Part shown: positions 62,790 to 64,000 of the stretch, one piece after another
How the letters are laid out: the number at the start of each line of letters is the position of its first letter
How positions within the stretch are numbered: the first letter of the stretch is position 1
Assembly: GCA_976551045.1 (NCBI GenBank)
Contig: CDPCPM010000370.1
Span: forward strand, 1,550,001-1,614,000
Direction: 5' to 3'
Length of the DNA stretch: 64,000 bases
DNA from: Glaucostegus cemiculus
Lineage: Eukaryota
Notes under the pieces: model-generated
Database searches by the model: none
What the model was told of the DNA's origin: nothing
Seen by the model: the letters and a program-made list of their open reading frames with translations, nothing else
Program-made: the position numbers and the translations under genes

Positions 62790-63450
62790 AACCTGGCAAG
62801 ACCAAGGAATTGTTTGTCGACTTCAGAGAAGGGGAATACACAACATTGAGAGCATAGCGCTGGAAAGGGTGAGCAGCTTTAAGTTCTTTGGATTCAAGAT
62901 CTCCGAGGATCTAACTTTAGTCCAACACATTGATGCCGCCAATGGCTCTACTTCAGGAGGAAATTGAGGAGATTTTGTATTTCATGAAAGACACTTGTAA
63001 ATTTCTGAAGATATACTTTTGAGAGCTCCAATGTGCAGGATAGGCAGAGGCGGGAGCGGTCTGTGGACTCAGCCATATGCGTCACGGGCACAACTAACCC
63101 AACCATCGAGTACTTGTTCCAGAGACGGTGCCTCAGGAATGCGACATTAGTTTTTAAGGGTCTTCGCAAGCTAGGACACGCCTTCCTGACTTCACTGCGA
63201 TCGGGGACGAGGTATAGGAGCCTGAAGACCACCACTCAACGTTTCAGGAGCAGTTTCTTCCACACAGCCAGCAGATTTCTGAACAGTCCATGAACCCATG
63301 AAAGCCACCGTCTAATTCATCTTTCGCACTTTTAATTTTTTTGCATCAAATAGCAATCTTCATTTTTTTATTTCTTGCACTGTACTGCTACCCCAAAATA
63401 AAAGTCTTCACGGCATATTTCAGTGATACTCAACCCGATTCTGATTCTGA
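62790..63450 (+). mobile_element. Rex1/Babar-like LINE 3' remnant
   Basis: KTKELFVDFR, SFKFFG..IS.DL, LRSGTRYRSLKTTTQRFRSSFF; (GATTCT)n tail at ~63437. Confidence 0.75.
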
Positions 63451-64000
63451 TCAGAATTAATATCTCAACGAATTGCATTTCATGTTAGCGACTATGAGGT
63501 GTCATGAAGTATGAACATTGGGAAGTTACACATAGTCCTGATGGGACCGTATCTGGAGATAGTTTTGTCCCCACGTGTGAGTTGTGGCAATTCTTTTCTG
63601 CTGGAGGCAGTGCAGAGACCCATCGAATTGACACCTGGGTGTGGACGTTGACGAACAAGGGAAAAGGTTTTACACCTCGGGACAAAACTCGTCGGAGTTC
63701 AGAAATAGATAAATACCAATTCTGTGGAGGATTGGCGGAGAAGATTTTGAGAGGAAGTCTTCACCAGTGAGTGTAAAGACGTAGGGGGTGCTGTTTCAGA
63801 ATAAATCGTCGCTGATGATGACGAGGACGTGGAAGATCTTCTTCCAGAGAGTTGTGACACTTTGGAATTCTCTCCTTCCGAGAACTATGGATGTGGAAAC
63901 ATTGTATAAATTCAAGATCAATGCTGACTGTCAGTTAAATCATAAGGGAGTCAAGAGGCGCAGGAACGAGGCGGAATGTGACACTGAGGCTAAGACTGTA

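Noticed and set aside
1-64000. CRISPR arrays, operons or other prokaryotic systems
   Set aside because: Spliced vertebrate genes and repeats throughout; no repeat-spacer arrays.

Overview
Eukaryotic DNA from a cartilaginous fish (probably a skate or ray) antigen-receptor region; most ORFs in the track are noise. The right half (39.6-53.9 kb, - strand) holds a complete cluster-type IgM heavy-chain gene: leader, VH, D1, D2, JH, Cmu1-4 with secretory tail, TM1 and TM2. All exons have canonical splice sites and the RSSs obey the 12/23 rule, but VH has Leu in place of the conserved Trp41. The left half (7-29 kb) is T-cell-receptor territory. It contains a full NAR-TCR cassette (NAR-type V, D, J and a leaderless supporting Vdelta, + strand), a relic J of a second NAR-TCR cassette, and at least four TCR alpha/delta-type V segments in both orientations. 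Every TCR-type V carries a disabling lesion. Also present are a tRNA-Glu(TTC) gene, several CTCF-like motifs, CR1, Rex/Babar and Penelope retroelement remnants, Tc1 remnants (one palindromic) and microsatellites. The main point of interest is the close, convergent cis-linkage of a whole IgM cluster with a NAR-TCR/TCRdelta V region whose RSSs are mutually compatible. All assignments come from reading the sequence; no database searches were run.
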